Under the pieces are notes generated by a model. That model saw only the letters and a program-made list of their open reading frames with translations, was not told where the DNA came from and did not search any database. Both the position numbers and the translations under genes were made by a program. Positions 18,034 through 27,359 of a DNA stretch of 32,000 bases are shown one piece after another. Position 1 is the first letter of the stretch, and every line of letters starts with the position of its first letter. The stretch is taken from NCBI RefSeq assembly GCF_000621645.1, contig NZ_JHXR01000003.1, positions 150,001-182,000 of the forward strand. The letters run 5' to 3'. The stretch is from Vibrio cholerae ATCC 14035. Its GTDB lineage: Bacteria; Pseudomonadota; Gammaproteobacteria; Enterobacterales; Vibrionaceae.

Positions 18034-18070
18034 TTCATAGAGACAGAGCTTTATAGACGCCGTTTAAATT

Positions 18071-18110
18071 CACCCCGTAGCAAGTGATTGCTGCGGGGTG
18101 TTTTGCTTTT
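18071..18110 (+). terminator. Rho-independent terminator after nupC
   Basis: The 13-bp stem CACCCCGTAGCAA gtga TTGCTGCGGGGTG contains one G-U pair and is followed by TTTTGCTTTT. Confidence 0.8.
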
Positions 18111-18634
18111 AGGCGCCCCGAGTTTTAGGGGGAGACCTAGGGGTAATGTTGTAATGGATTGCAGAGCTGAAGCCTTGTGTGGTAAGGGATTGCCCTTTAA
18201 ATTTCAGCTATTTTTTTGAGATACAAACCGTTTGCGCTTCGCGCAGCACTACCGCTTTGCGACAAATATCTATACTGTAGCCATGGATAAAAAACGAGTG
18301 GATTGACGATGGAATACACCACGCGTTTGACCGTGAGCTTAGGCTCAGGTGGCGGGCTTATCTAATGGAATATGGATGAGTTTTCGCTGGCTCTCAGCAT
18401 GACTAAGAGTATGATGAGCGCCGGAGGCAATCGCCTTGCCTGTATGCAGTAAAATACCGCAAACGCAGATTGTTGTGCCATTGACCAAACTGGTACTGTG
18501 CGGTGACAAGGATAGCAATTGGTGCATGAGCACCGAGTCTTCAAGGAACCAAGTCCGTTCATTTGTGGCTGCTCAGCAGAAAATAGTACTCTGCTGGGGA
18601 GTGAACTAGATGACTATATTGATCGGAGATAGAA

Positions 18635-19414
18635 ATGAGCGAATTAAAAGTAGCAGCTCTACGTGCACTGAAACTGATGGATCTCACCACGTTGAATGAC
18701 AACGATACGGATGCCAAAGTGATCCAACTTTGTCATGATGCGAAAAGTCCAGTCGGCAACACGGCTGCCATTTGTATTTACCCTCGCTTTATTCCTATTG
18801 CTAAGAAGACACTTCGCGAGCAAGGAACCCCTGAAATCCGTATTGCTACGGTAACCAATTTTCCTCACGGTAATGACGATATTGAAATCGCCGTTGCTGA
18901 AACGAAAGCCGCTGTTGCTTACGGTGCTGATGAAGTGGATGTGGTATTCCCATATCGCGCTCTGATCGCAGGCAACGAGCAAGTCGGTTTTGATCTGGTG
19001 AAACAGTGTAAAGCGGCTTGTGGCGACAAAGTGCTACTGAAAGTGATCATCGAAACTGGTGAGCTGAAACAAGAAGCGCTGATCAAAAAAGCCTCTCAAA
19101 TCTGTATTGAAGCTGGCGCAGATTTCATCAAGACCTCAACCGGCAAAGTGCCAGTAAATGCGACACCAGAATATGCACGCATGATGCTGGAAGTGATCCG
19201 TGATATGGGCGTAGCCAAAACCGTCGGTTTCAAACCTGCCGGTGGTGTTCGTACCGCAGAAGATGCGCAGCAATATCTGGCCATGGCCGATGAGATCCTC
19301 GGTGGCGATTGGGCAGACAGCCGTCACTACCGTTTCGGCGCTTCAAGCCTACTGACTAACCTTCTGAATACATTAGAAGTGACAGACCAAAAGGCAGATC
19401 CTGCCGCTTACTAA
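18635..19414 (+). CDS. deoC: Deoxyribose-phosphate aldolase
   Basis: The 259-aa product is collinear with E. coli DeoC ([16 protein letters not shown] Schiff-base lysine context). A GGAGA Shine-Dalgarno lies upstream. Confidence 0.97.
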
Positions 19415-19431
19415 TATCCATTGTGTCTGAG

Positions 19432-19455
19432 AGCAGCGCGAGGCTTCGCGCTGCT
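19432..19455 (+). other. GC-rich intra-operon hairpin between deoC and deoA
   Basis: It has a perfect 10-bp stem AGCAGCGCGA ggct TCGCGCTGCT with no clear U-tract. It may be an mRNA stabiliser, a processing site or a leaky terminator. Confidence 0.45.
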
Positions 19456-19501
19456 TAACCTCTTTACACTACGCAGTTTCTTTGGGAACTGGGAGGCAGC
19501 T

Positions 19502-20848
19502 ATGTCTTTATCTCAAGCAAAGTATTTACCTCAAGAAATTATCCGCAGAAAGCGTGATGGTGAAGTTCTCACCAACGATGAAATCAACTTCTTCATTCAA
19601 GGTGTGGCGAATAACACCGTCTCTGAAGGGCAAATTGCCGCGTTTGCGATGGCGATTTTTTTCCGTGAAATGACTATGCCTGAGCGTATTGCACTGACGT
19701 GCGCGATGCGCGATTCCGGTATGGTGATTGATTGGAGCCACATGAATTTTGATGGTCCGATTGTGGATAAACACTCCACGGGCGGCGTGGGCGATGTGAC
19801 CTCACTGATGCTTGGCCCTATGGTGGCAGCCTGTGGCGGTTATGTGCCGATGATTTCTGGCCGCGGCCTTGGTCACACTGGGGGGACGCTCGACAAACTT
19901 GAAGCCATCCCCGGCTATAACATTACCCCAACCAATGACGTGTTTGGCAAAGTGACCAAACAAGCCGGCGTGGCGATCATCGGCCAAACTGGCGATCTGG
20001 CTCCGGCGGATAAGCGTGTGTACGCAACGCGTGATATTACCGCGACAGTGGATAACATCTCGCTGATCACCGCTTCAATTCTTTCTAAGAAACTGGCGGC
20101 TGGCCTTGAATCGCTCGTGATGGATGTGAAAGTTGGCTCTGGTGCTTTCATGCCAACTTACGAAGCGTCTGAAGAGCTCGCCAAATCGATCGTGGCAGTG
20201 GCCAACGGTGCAGGCACCAATACCACGGCGATCTTAACTGATATGAACCAAGTGCTGGCGTCTTCAGCGGGTAACGCGGTGGAAGTGCGTGAAGCAGTAC
20301 GCTTCCTCACCGGCGAATACCGTAATCCGCGTCTGCTGGAAGTCACTATGGCGTCGTGTGCGGAAATGCTGGTACTTGGCAAGTTAGCCAAAGATACCGC
20401 GCAAGCGCGTGAGAAACTGCAAGCAGTGCTGGATAACGGCCAAGCCGCCGAGCGTTTTGGCAAAATGGTCGCAGGCCTCGGTGGCCCAAGCGATTTTGTT
20501 GAAAACTACGACAAGTATCTTGCGAAAGCTGAGATTGTTCGCCCAGTTTACGCTCAGCAATCTGGCGTTATTTCTGCGATGGATACCCGTGCCATCGGCA
20601 TGGCGGTGGTCGGCATGGGCGGTGGCCGCCGCGTGGCGACCGATCGTATCGATTACGCTGTCGGTTTTGATCAGTTTATCCGTCTGGGTGAAATCGCCGA
20701 CAGCAACAAACCTTTAGCAATGATTCATGCCCGTAATGAAGAGCAGTGGCAACAAGCTGCCAATGCACTACAAAGTGCGATTAAAGTGGGCGGTGATTAC
20801 CTACCAACACCGGATGTTTACCGTCAAATTCGAGCACAAGACGTGTAA
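19502..20848 (+). CDS. deoA: Thymidine phosphorylase
   Basis: The 448-aa product from ATG 19502 follows a GGAGG Shine-Dalgarno. It is collinear with E. coli DeoA ([25 protein letters not shown]). The track ORF's upstream extension covers the hairpin and is not expected to be coding. Confidence 0.96.
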   Translation: MSLSQAKYLPQEIIRRKRDGEVLTNDEINFFIQGVANNTVSEGQIAAFAMAIFFREMTMPERIALTCAMRDSGMVIDWSHMNFDGPIVDKHSTGGVGDVTSLMLGPMVAACGGYVPMISGRGLGHTGGTLDKLEAIPGYNITPTNDVFGKVTKQAGVAIIGQTGDLAPADKRVYATRDITATVDNISLITASILSKKLAAGLESLVMDVKVGSGAFMPTYEASEELAKSIVAVANGAGTNTTAILTDMNQVLASSAGNAVEVREAVRFLTGEYRNPRLLEVTMASCAEMLVLGKLAKDTAQAREKLQAVLDNGQAAERFGKMVAGLGGPSDFVENYDKYLAKAEIVRPVYAQQSGVISAMDTRAIGMAVVGMGGGRRVATDRIDYAVGFDQFIRLGEIADSNKPLAMIHARNEEQWQQAANALQSAIKVGGDYLPTPDVYRQIRAQDV

Positions 20849-20865
20849 GTTCGGGGGAGTGAGCA

Positions 20866-22086
20866 ATGAAAAGAGCATTTATTTTAGTTTTAGACTCGTT
20901 TGGCATTGGCGCAACAGCGGATGCACAAGCCTTTGGTGATGTCGGTTCTGATACCTTAGGCCACATCGCGGATCAATGTGCGCAAGGTTTGGCGGATAAC
21001 GCAGAACGTAAAGGCGCATTGCAACTGCCGAACCTTTCTAAGCTGGGTTTGGCGATGGCGCATAAAGAGTCGACCGGACGTTTTGCGCCGGGGCTGGATG
21101 AGCGTGCGGATATCATCGGCGCTTATGCCCATGCCGCAGAGCTGTCATCAGGCAAAGATACTCCGTCAGGTCACTGGGAAATTGCTGGTGTGCCAGTGCT
21201 GTTTGAATGGGGTTACTTTAGCGATAAGCAAAATAGCTTCCCGAAAGAGCTGACCGATCGCATTTTAGCGCGCGCGGGTTTGGACGGATTTTTAGGCAAC
21301 TGCCACGCCTCTGGTACGCAAGTGCTGGATGATTTGGGCGAAGAGCATATGCGTACGGGCAAGCCGATTTTCTACACCTCGGCAGATTCTGTATTCCAAA
21401 TTGCCTGCCACGAAGAGACATTTGGTTTAGCTCGTCTGCTGGAGCTTTGCCAAATCGCTCGTGAAGAGCTGGCGGATTACAACATCGGTCGCGTCATTGC
21501 GCGTCCATTCGTTGGCCCGGGCAAAGGACAATTTGCTCGTACCGGTAATCGCCGTGATTTGTCGGTTGAGCCCCCTTCAGCCACAGTGTTGCAAAAGTTG
21601 GTGGAAGAGAAGCAAGGCCGAGTGGTGTCTATCGGTAAAATTGCCGATATCTACGCGTACTGCGGCATTACCGACAAAGTCAAAGCGACGGGCATTCCAG
21701 ATCTGTTTGAAGCGACTTTAGAGCAGATCAAACAAGCCGGTGATAACACCATCGTATTCACTAACTTTGTGGATTTTGACTCGGCTTATGGTCACCGCCG
21801 TGATGTCGCAGGTTATGCGGCGGCACTGGAGTATTTCGATAAGCGTTTACCTGAAGTTCTAGCGCTGATGCAGGAAGATGACATTCTGATTTTAACTGCC
21901 GACCACGGCTGTGACCCAACATGGCCGGGCACTGACCATACTCGTGAACACATTCCGGTACTGGTTTATGGCAAGAAAGTGGCTCCGGGTTCATTAGGTC
22001 GTCGTGACACTTTTGCTGATATCGGGCAAACTCTGGCAAGCTACTTTGGCACTTCGCCAATGGATTACGGTAAGAACTTTTTATAA
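20866..22086 (+). CDS. deoB: Phosphopentomutase
   Basis: The 406-aa product contains [15 protein letters not shown] and [10 protein letters not shown], typical of DeoB. Confidence 0.97.
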   Translation: MKRAFILVLDSFGIGATADAQAFGDVGSDTLGHIADQCAQGLADNAERKGALQLPNLSKLGLAMAHKESTGRFAPGLDERADIIGAYAHAAELSSGKDTPSGHWEIAGVPVLFEWGYFSDKQNSFPKELTDRILARAGLDGFLGNCHASGTQVLDDLGEEHMRTGKPIFYTSADSVFQIACHEETFGLARLLELCQIAREELADYNIGRVIARPFVGPGKGQFARTGNRRDLSVEPPSATVLQKLVEEKQGRVVSIGKIADIYAYCGITDKVKATGIPDLFEATLEQIKQAGDNTIVFTNFVDFDSAYGHRRDVAGYAAALEYFDKRLPEVLALMQEDDILILTADHGCDPTWPGTDHTREHIPVLVYGKKVAPGSLGRRDTFADIGQTLASYFGTSPMDYGKNFL

Positions 22087-22093
22087 TACGCAT

Positions 22094-22124
22094 ACCCTAA
22101 GGCTAGCTTCAGTCTTAGGGTTTT
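22094..22124 (+). terminator. Hairpin plus short T-tract between deoB and deoD (possible partial terminator)
   Basis: ACCCTAAG ... CTTAGGGT (22094-22101 / 22114-22121) is followed by TTTGTTG. Confidence 0.4.
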
Positions 22125-22168
22125 GTTGAATGATGGCGATTGAGCCAACAAACCAAAGGAACGAAAAC

Positions 22169-22894
22169 ATGGCAACTCCACATATTAATGCGCAAATGGG
22201 TGATTTCGCTGACGTTGTACTGATGCCGGGTGATCCGCTGCGCGCGAAATACATCGCAGAAAACTTCCTCGATAACGCAGTTCAAGTATGTGATGTGCGC
22301 AATATGTTCGGCTACACAGGCACTTACAAAGGCCGCAAGATCTCTGTGATGGGGCATGGTATGGGTATCCCATCTTGCTCAATCTATGTAACCGAGCTTA
22401 TCAAAGATTACGGCGTGAAAAAGATTATCCGCGTCGGTAGCTGTGGTGCAGTGAACGAAGGCATCAAAGTGCGTGATGTGGTGATCGGTATGGGCGCGTG
22501 TACTGACTCTAAAGTCAACCGTATTCGCTTCAAAGATCATGATTTTGCTGCGATTGCGGATTACAAGATGGTAAAAGCTGCAGAAGAAGCGGCCAAAGCA
22601 CGTGGCATTGACGTGAAAGTTGGCAACCTGTTCTCTGCAGAACTGTTCTACACGCCAGATCCTTCCATGTTCGATGTGATGGATAAATACGGCATCGTTG
22701 GCGTAGAAATGGAGGCGGCAGGCATTTACGGTGTAGCGGCGGAATACGGCGCGAAAGCACTGGCGATCTGTACTGTGTCTGACCACATCAAAACGGGCGA
22801 GCAAACCACCTCAGAAGAGCGTCAAAACACCTTCAATGAGATGATTGAAATCGCACTGGACTCTGTACTGATTGGTGATCAAGCGGGTTACTAA
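22169..22894 (+). CDS. deoD: Purine nucleoside phosphorylase DeoD-type
   Basis: The product [31 protein letters not shown] is collinear with E. coli DeoD. An AAAGGA Shine-Dalgarno at 22155-22160 precedes ATG 22169. Confidence 0.97.
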   Translation: MATPHINAQMGDFADVVLMPGDPLRAKYIAENFLDNAVQVCDVRNMFGYTGTYKGRKISVMGHGMGIPSCSIYVTELIKDYGVKKIIRVGSCGAVNEGIKVRDVVIGMGACTDSKVNRIRFKDHDFAAIADYKMVKAAEEAAKARGIDVKVGNLFSAELFYTPDPSMFDVMDKYGIVGVEMEAAGIYGVAAEYGAKALAICTVSDHIKTGEQTTSEERQNTFNEMIEIALDSVLIGDQAGY

Positions 22895-22922
22895 TCTTTG
22901 TACTCGTGTTATCTCTGAATAC

Positions 22923-22953
22923 AAAAAAACCTCAGTCAGTACTGAGGTTTTTT
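22923..22953. terminator. Bidirectional terminator between deoD and smp
   Basis: An A7 run is followed by CCTCAGT cagt ACTGAGG and a T6 run. It lies between convergent genes. Confidence 0.8.
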
Positions 22954-22975
22954 ATCACTCAATTTATTTTTCCTG

Positions 22976-23599
22976 TTACTCATTCAAAGACTGTTCGGCT
23001 TGCTTGAGCAGTAAGTTCTCACCTGTTGGTTTTTTCGGTCTGCGTCGTAGTAACAGCGTCAGTAGCACACCGCTGACAAAACTCATCAACAGCATCCAAT
23101 ACATATTGTGGTCGCTCTTACGATAGTGATGGTCTGAAATCGCCGTCACTTTACCGGTTTCAAAAGTAATGCGTACGAAACCAATTAAACTGCCGTCGTG
23201 AACTACGGGCTCAACTAATTGTTGGCGGCCAATGCTGGCAGTATGCAGTGGCGTATCTAAACCCAGCACTTCACGCACACTGAGCGCAGAGTCACTCGCG
23301 GCCAGCAATACGCCTTCAGAATCATAAATCGAGGCATCGAATACCAGACGATCAGTAGCAAGCTGGTTAGTGAGTGCTAACAGACGTTCCTGATCTTGAT
23401 CGGCAATCATACTTCCCGCAGACATCGCCGCTTGAGTAATCAGAACTTTGGTTAAGGTTTCCAACTGGTTGGCTTGAATGCGTTCATTGCCTTTACTGAT
23501 CACAACGCTGTTTTGGATGGTGATAAAAAACATGACTGCGACAGCGAGCACCGTTGCCACGCGCACAACGACTCGGAATGAAAAAAGTGAACCATCCAT
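22976..23599 (-). CDS. ytjB: Membrane protein Smp/YtjB (AhpA family)
   Basis: The 207-aa product has an N-terminal and a C-terminal transmembrane segment. It resembles E. coli YtjB from memory (IYDSEGVLLAAS, QQLVEPV...GFVRITFET). It is divergent from serB, as in E. coli. Confidence 0.8.
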   Translation of the reverse strand: MDGSLFSFRVVVRVATVLAVAVMFFITIQNSVVISKGNERIQANQLETLTKVLITQAAMSAGSMIADQDQERLLALTNQLATDRLVFDASIYDSEGVLLAASDSALSVREVLGLDTPLHTASIGRQQLVEPVVHDGSLIGFVRITFETGKVTAISDHHYRKSDHNMYWMLLMSFVSGVLLTLLLRRRPKKPTGENLLLKQAEQSLNE

Positions 23600-23695
23600 G
23601 ATGAGAGAAACCTACAAAAAACCAACTGCGCTCATATTGAGACTTGCGTTTTTAAATTGCAATAGGGTAACGTCTGGCTATACCGAATAAGGAAA

Positions 23696-24682
23696 GTGGA
23701 CATGGATGCTTTAACAACTTTACCGATCAAAAAACACACAACGCTACTCAATCGTTTTCCTGAAACGCGTTTTGTCACCCAATTAGCGAAAAAACGTGCC
23801 AGTTGGATTGTGTTTGGACATTACCTAACTCCCGCTCAATTTGAAGACATGGATTTCTTCACCAATCGCTTCAATGCCATCTTAGATATGTGGAAAGTGG
23901 GACGTTATGAAGTCGCATTGATGGACGGTGAGCTGACGTCTGAGCATGAAACCATTCTTAAAGCGCTAGAACTCGATTACGCGCGGATTCAGGATGTGCC
24001 CGATCTCACCAAGCCGGGGTTAATTGTGCTGGATATGGACTCGACCGCGATCCAGATCGAATGCATTGATGAAATTGCTAAGCTTGCGGGAGTCGGGGAA
24101 GAGGTCGCTGAAGTCACTGAGCGCGCGATGCAAGGTGAGCTGGATTTTGAGCAGAGTTTACGTTTGCGAGTCAGTAAACTTAAAGATGCTCCGGAGCAGA
24201 TCCTAAGCCAAGTACGCGAAACCCTGCCGTTAATGCCTGAATTACCCGAGCTGGTGGCAACGCTGCATGCCTTTGGTTGGAAAGTCGCGATCGCCTCGGG
24301 CGGCTTTACCTACTTCTCTGATTATCTCAAAGAGCAGTTGTCGCTAGACTATGCACAGTCTAACACTCTAGAAATTGTGAGCGGCAAACTGACTGGACAG
24401 GTGCTGGGAGAGGTAGTCTCCGCGCAAACCAAAGCGGATATTTTGCTGACGCTTGCTCAGCAATACGATGTGGAAATTCATAACACGGTAGCGGTTGGCG
24501 ATGGCGCAAATGATTTGGTGATGATGGCGGCCGCAGGGCTTGGGGTGGCATACCATGCCAAACCTAAGGTTGAAGCCAAGGCGCAAACGGCGGTGCGTTT
24601 TGCAGGATTAGGTGGCGTCGTGTGTATCCTTTCTGCCGCACTGGTCGCTCAGCAAAAACTGAGTTGGAAAAGTAAGCCTTAG
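23696..24682 (+). CDS. serB: Phosphoserine phosphatase
   Basis: The product has the HAD motifs VLDMDST, ASGGF and GDGANDL. The start is either GTG 23696 or ATG 23702; the latter is better spaced from the AAGGA Shine-Dalgarno. Confidence 0.93.
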   Translation: MDMDALTTLPIKKHTTLLNRFPETRFVTQLAKKRASWIVFGHYLTPAQFEDMDFFTNRFNAILDMWKVGRYEVALMDGELTSEHETILKALELDYARIQDVPDLTKPGLIVLDMDSTAIQIECIDEIAKLAGVGEEVAEVTERAMQGELDFEQSLRLRVSKLKDAPEQILSQVRETLPLMPELPELVATLHAFGWKVAIASGGFTYFSDYLKEQLSLDYAQSNTLEIVSGKLTGQVLGEVVSAQTKADILLTLAQQYDVEIHNTVAVGDGANDLVMMAAAGLGVAYHAKPKVEAKAQTAVRFAGLGGVVCILSAALVAQQKLSWKSKP

Positions 24683-24709
24683 CCGACACATGGAACTTAG
24701 GTTAATCAA

Positions 24710-24737
24710 ATAAGCCACGTTCAGTGACGTGGCTTAT
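24710..24737. terminator. Hairpin after serB (terminator-like, weak U-tract)
   Basis: It has an 11-bp perfect stem ATAAGCCACGT tcagtg ACGTGGCTTAT. Confidence 0.5.
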
Positions 24738-24747
24738 GTTTGGAAGA

Positions 24748-24879
24748 GATATCCCCTTCCTACTTGAAGCTGCAGGAGTGTTGGCTACGTTCGTTCACCC
24801 CAATCACATAGTCTGTCTATGCTCATGGGGATTCACTCACTTGCCGCCTACCTGCAACTCCAAGTGGTTTGGGTATAGC
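24748..24879 (-). repeat. ERIC / IRU element (enterobacterial repetitive intergenic consensus), full-length imperfect palindrome
   Basis: The minus strand reads GTGAATCCCCATGAGC...GTGATTGGGGTGAACG. The ERIC core consensus is GTGAATCCCCAGGAGCTTACATAAGTAAGTGACTGGGGTGAGCG. The outer arms CTTGAAGCTGCAGG / CCTGCAACTCCAAG are also inverted repeats. A 66-aa track ORF across it is spurious. Confidence 0.78.
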
Positions 24880-24886
24880 GCTAGTA

Positions 24887-27226
24887 TCAGGTCAACTCAA
24901 GTCGGATCAACACTTCCTCAGTAATATCGACCAATTCACCATAGCCGACTTGTGCCAGCATCTCTTTTTCTAAACTTTTGGCGTGGTGTGGGCTGATCTC
25001 AGCCAGCTCGGTCAAATCGCTGCGTAGCAAATTCGTGATCGGTGCAAACACCGGAACACCACTCACCCTGAGTGCGTAGAATTCGCCCATCGCTTGCCCT
25101 TGGCGGATAAAACGGATGCGTTCACGAGTATCGGCAAAGTCACTCAACAAACGTGATTCCACGGATTGAATGCGTGTTCCGTATTTCACCGCACTCAAAT
25201 ACACCTCATGGTATTGCGGTACCGCGCCTTCAATCCGTTTCATTGGCGTTGCGAGTAACGAGTTGGTATGCCCCTTAAATATTGGTTGCAGAGTAATTCG
25301 ATTCTCACTACCCAATTTGGCCAACAGCGCCAGATGTGGTGGGAGTGGGTAGTTCACCCCAATCACTTTGGGTTTAAGATTACTCCCGACCTTTTCAACA
25401 AAAAACGGCGTACTCACCATCTTATCGAGCAGAATATTATGCAGACTTTCGAGTAGGGCATTGCTCGGTAGTATCTCTTCTTTAATCAATAGTTTGTCTT
25501 GGTTGTGTTCAATGATGCTATTAAAGAAAGCAATGGTTTTGAGGGTTTGTAAATTCTCCTCAATAACCAGTTGTAAACGGCGTCCTTCAGGACCGATACG
25601 CACCACTTTGTAGGGGGCCTTGTCTAAGGGAAGGCTTTTGTCGTACAACTTGAGCTCAAGGTAATCGACCCAGACTTGATCGTTGGCTTTGACATCCAGT
25701 GGGGTATCTAACAGCAAACTGAGACCACGCTTAGAGAGATCAACCGTTGCTCCCGTGACCTTGAGTGCATCTATGCTCACTTGTACTGGCGTACTAAACC
25801 GATAACGCGGCTCTTTGCGCCGTGAGCGCGCATCAAAATAGATACCCATCGGTGTACCGACGACCTGACGTGGGTGGCGGAAGTCATTCAGTGTGCTGCT
25901 CGGTAAATTGGGTTTTTCAACCAGTAAATAGTCGTGTGCCGCTTCAGTATCACTGATCTCTTGCAGTACACCGCAATGAGTGAGAGAACGGGATTGGTCA
26001 GCTAATTCACGAGAGTGTTCGGCGAGCGTTTTTCGCTCTTCATCGGAGAGTTCAAACACAAACAGTCGAAACGCTTTCCAGCTATCGCGTTTAGCGCCAA
26101 TATGCCAAAACAGCTTGCGCTGTTCTTGAGTCGCCTCTGGCATCAGCATAGAGAAAAACAAAGTCTTGTGTTGGTGCTCATGCTTAAAGGCGTACAACAC
26201 ATTATTGCTGCCCCGAACGCCCGGAGCGGTTAAGTGCGCCATGCGTTCTGGTTTGAATAAGGTGCCAAGTGCTTGCTGGTTACGCTCATCGTGCCAATAT
26301 TGCCAAATGGGGCGGTTATTCTCGGTGAGTAACGCCAGCTTGAGTTCGTTGCCACTAAAAAACAGCGGTAGATTACAGGTGTGTTTGAGGTACATGTGCT
26401 CATAGCCACGAGTACGGGCACGAATGATCTTATCTTGGTTGTCGTGGCGTGCTTTCTGCGTATTAGTCTGAATCGCTTCCTCGATGACTTTTTCAATCAC
26501 ATCGGTATCACTGAGTTTCAATACCCGCAGAAATTTAATCGCATCACTGTCATAGGACTCATCGACGCCGAGAATCCGGTAATCGATACTTTTATGCAGT
26601 CCCACCACGTTTGAGGTTTTATTTAAGTCAGAAAAATAGACTTGAATCACCTCGCCCAATTTGTAGTCAAATGCTGCTGGCACTTTTAATTTGGCCCCAG
26701 AAGGGGAGAGGTCAACACTCAGACCGTGTACTAATTGCTCGTTCTTCAGATGGATTTCGATCTGGCTGGAGATTTTTAAGCGGTTTTCTTGGCGTTTGAG
26801 GTCGTATCCAAGCTTGACCGGCTCAACTTCAAAACTCGTATCTTTCGGCTGATCTGTTTTCGGATCGAGTTTGCCTTGTTGCTTCATGACTCGGAAATTA
26901 TTGCGGGTGTTATTGACCGCTTCCCACACCCCTTCGGTATAAGCCCCAAATTTCTTGAGACTTTTTTGGTAAGAGTTGAACGCCACATCATCAAGCCAGT
27001 GTTGGCGGCCATCAAAATGGTATTCCCGACACTCTCCTTGAACTTTGCCACGTAAATCAATGCTTTTTGTACAAGGTGCCATTAGGCGGTTCAGTTCCAT
27101 TTTGACCAATAATTTGGCCGAAGGCGGGTGCCCTTCGGTCATTTGCGACAAAAGGTAGTCAAGGTCACCGGAACGATAAACGGGTATAAGCCTTTCAACC
27201 AGAGAGAGAATTTCGGTCTGTTGCAT
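24887..27226 (-). CDS. plzC: Large tandem-PilZ-domain c-di-GMP receptor protein (PlzC-like)
   Basis: The 779-aa product contains two complete PilZ signatures: KRQENR (aa 144-149) with DLSPSG (172-177), and RRKEPR (469-474) with DLSKRG (496-501). The rest of the protein has no motif I can assign. The position next to serB and radA fits my memory of VC2344. Confidence 0.88.
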   Translation of the reverse strand: MQQTEILSLVERLIPVYRSGDLDYLLSQMTEGHPPSAKLLVKMELNRLMAPCTKSIDLRGKVQGECREYHFDGRQHWLDDVAFNSYQKSLKKFGAYTEGVWEAVNNTRNNFRVMKQQGKLDPKTDQPKDTSFEVEPVKLGYDLKRQENRLKISSQIEIHLKNEQLVHGLSVDLSPSGAKLKVPAAFDYKLGEVIQVYFSDLNKTSNVVGLHKSIDYRILGVDESYDSDAIKFLRVLKLSDTDVIEKVIEEAIQTNTQKARHDNQDKIIRARTRGYEHMYLKHTCNLPLFFSGNELKLALLTENNRPIWQYWHDERNQQALGTLFKPERMAHLTAPGVRGSNNVLYAFKHEHQHKTLFFSMLMPEATQEQRKLFWHIGAKRDSWKAFRLFVFELSDEERKTLAEHSRELADQSRSLTHCGVLQEISDTEAAHDYLLVEKPNLPSSTLNDFRHPRQVVGTPMGIYFDARSRRKEPRYRFSTPVQVSIDALKVTGATVDLSKRGLSLLLDTPLDVKANDQVWVDYLELKLYDKSLPLDKAPYKVVRIGPEGRRLQLVIEENLQTLKTIAFFNSIIEHNQDKLLIKEEILPSNALLESLHNILLDKMVSTPFFVEKVGSNLKPKVIGVNYPLPPHLALLAKLGSENRITLQPIFKGHTNSLLATPMKRIEGAVPQYHEVYLSAVKYGTRIQSVESRLLSDFADTRERIRFIRQGQAMGEFYALRVSGVPVFAPITNLLRSDLTELAEISPHHAKSLEKEMLAQVGYGELVDITEEVLIRLELT

Positions 27227-27359
27227 ACTTTTCTGTTAAAGTGTCTTCCATTCTGATGCATCGGCATCAACATACTAATCTTTAGCGATATGTTGCAGCC
27301 GTTCCACTTTTTCTTAAAGTATTACGCCTGATAAGTGAGAGCAAGTTCGAGGATTGATT

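Noticed and set aside
18345-18562. Two overlapping minus-strand ORFs (62 and 66 aa) in the nupC-deoC gap.
   Set aside because: They have no Shine-Dalgarno. Their Cys/His/Ser-rich composition is unlike the neighbouring genes. They overlap each other in different frames and have no recognisable motif.
18111-18634. A CsrB/CsrC-type CsrA-sponge sRNA, suggested by the many GGA motifs.
   Set aside because: By hand count there are only 13 GGA in 524 nt, mostly as AUGGA rather than the CAGGA/AAGGA loop motifs typical of Csr sRNAs. There is no clear GacA/VarA box and no terminating hairpin with a U-tract. I kept the region only as an unexplained finding.
24724-24924. A 66-aa plus-strand ORF between serB and plzC.
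   Set aside because: It lies entirely across the ERIC palindrome and the 3' end of plzC, so it is a repeat-generated artefact.
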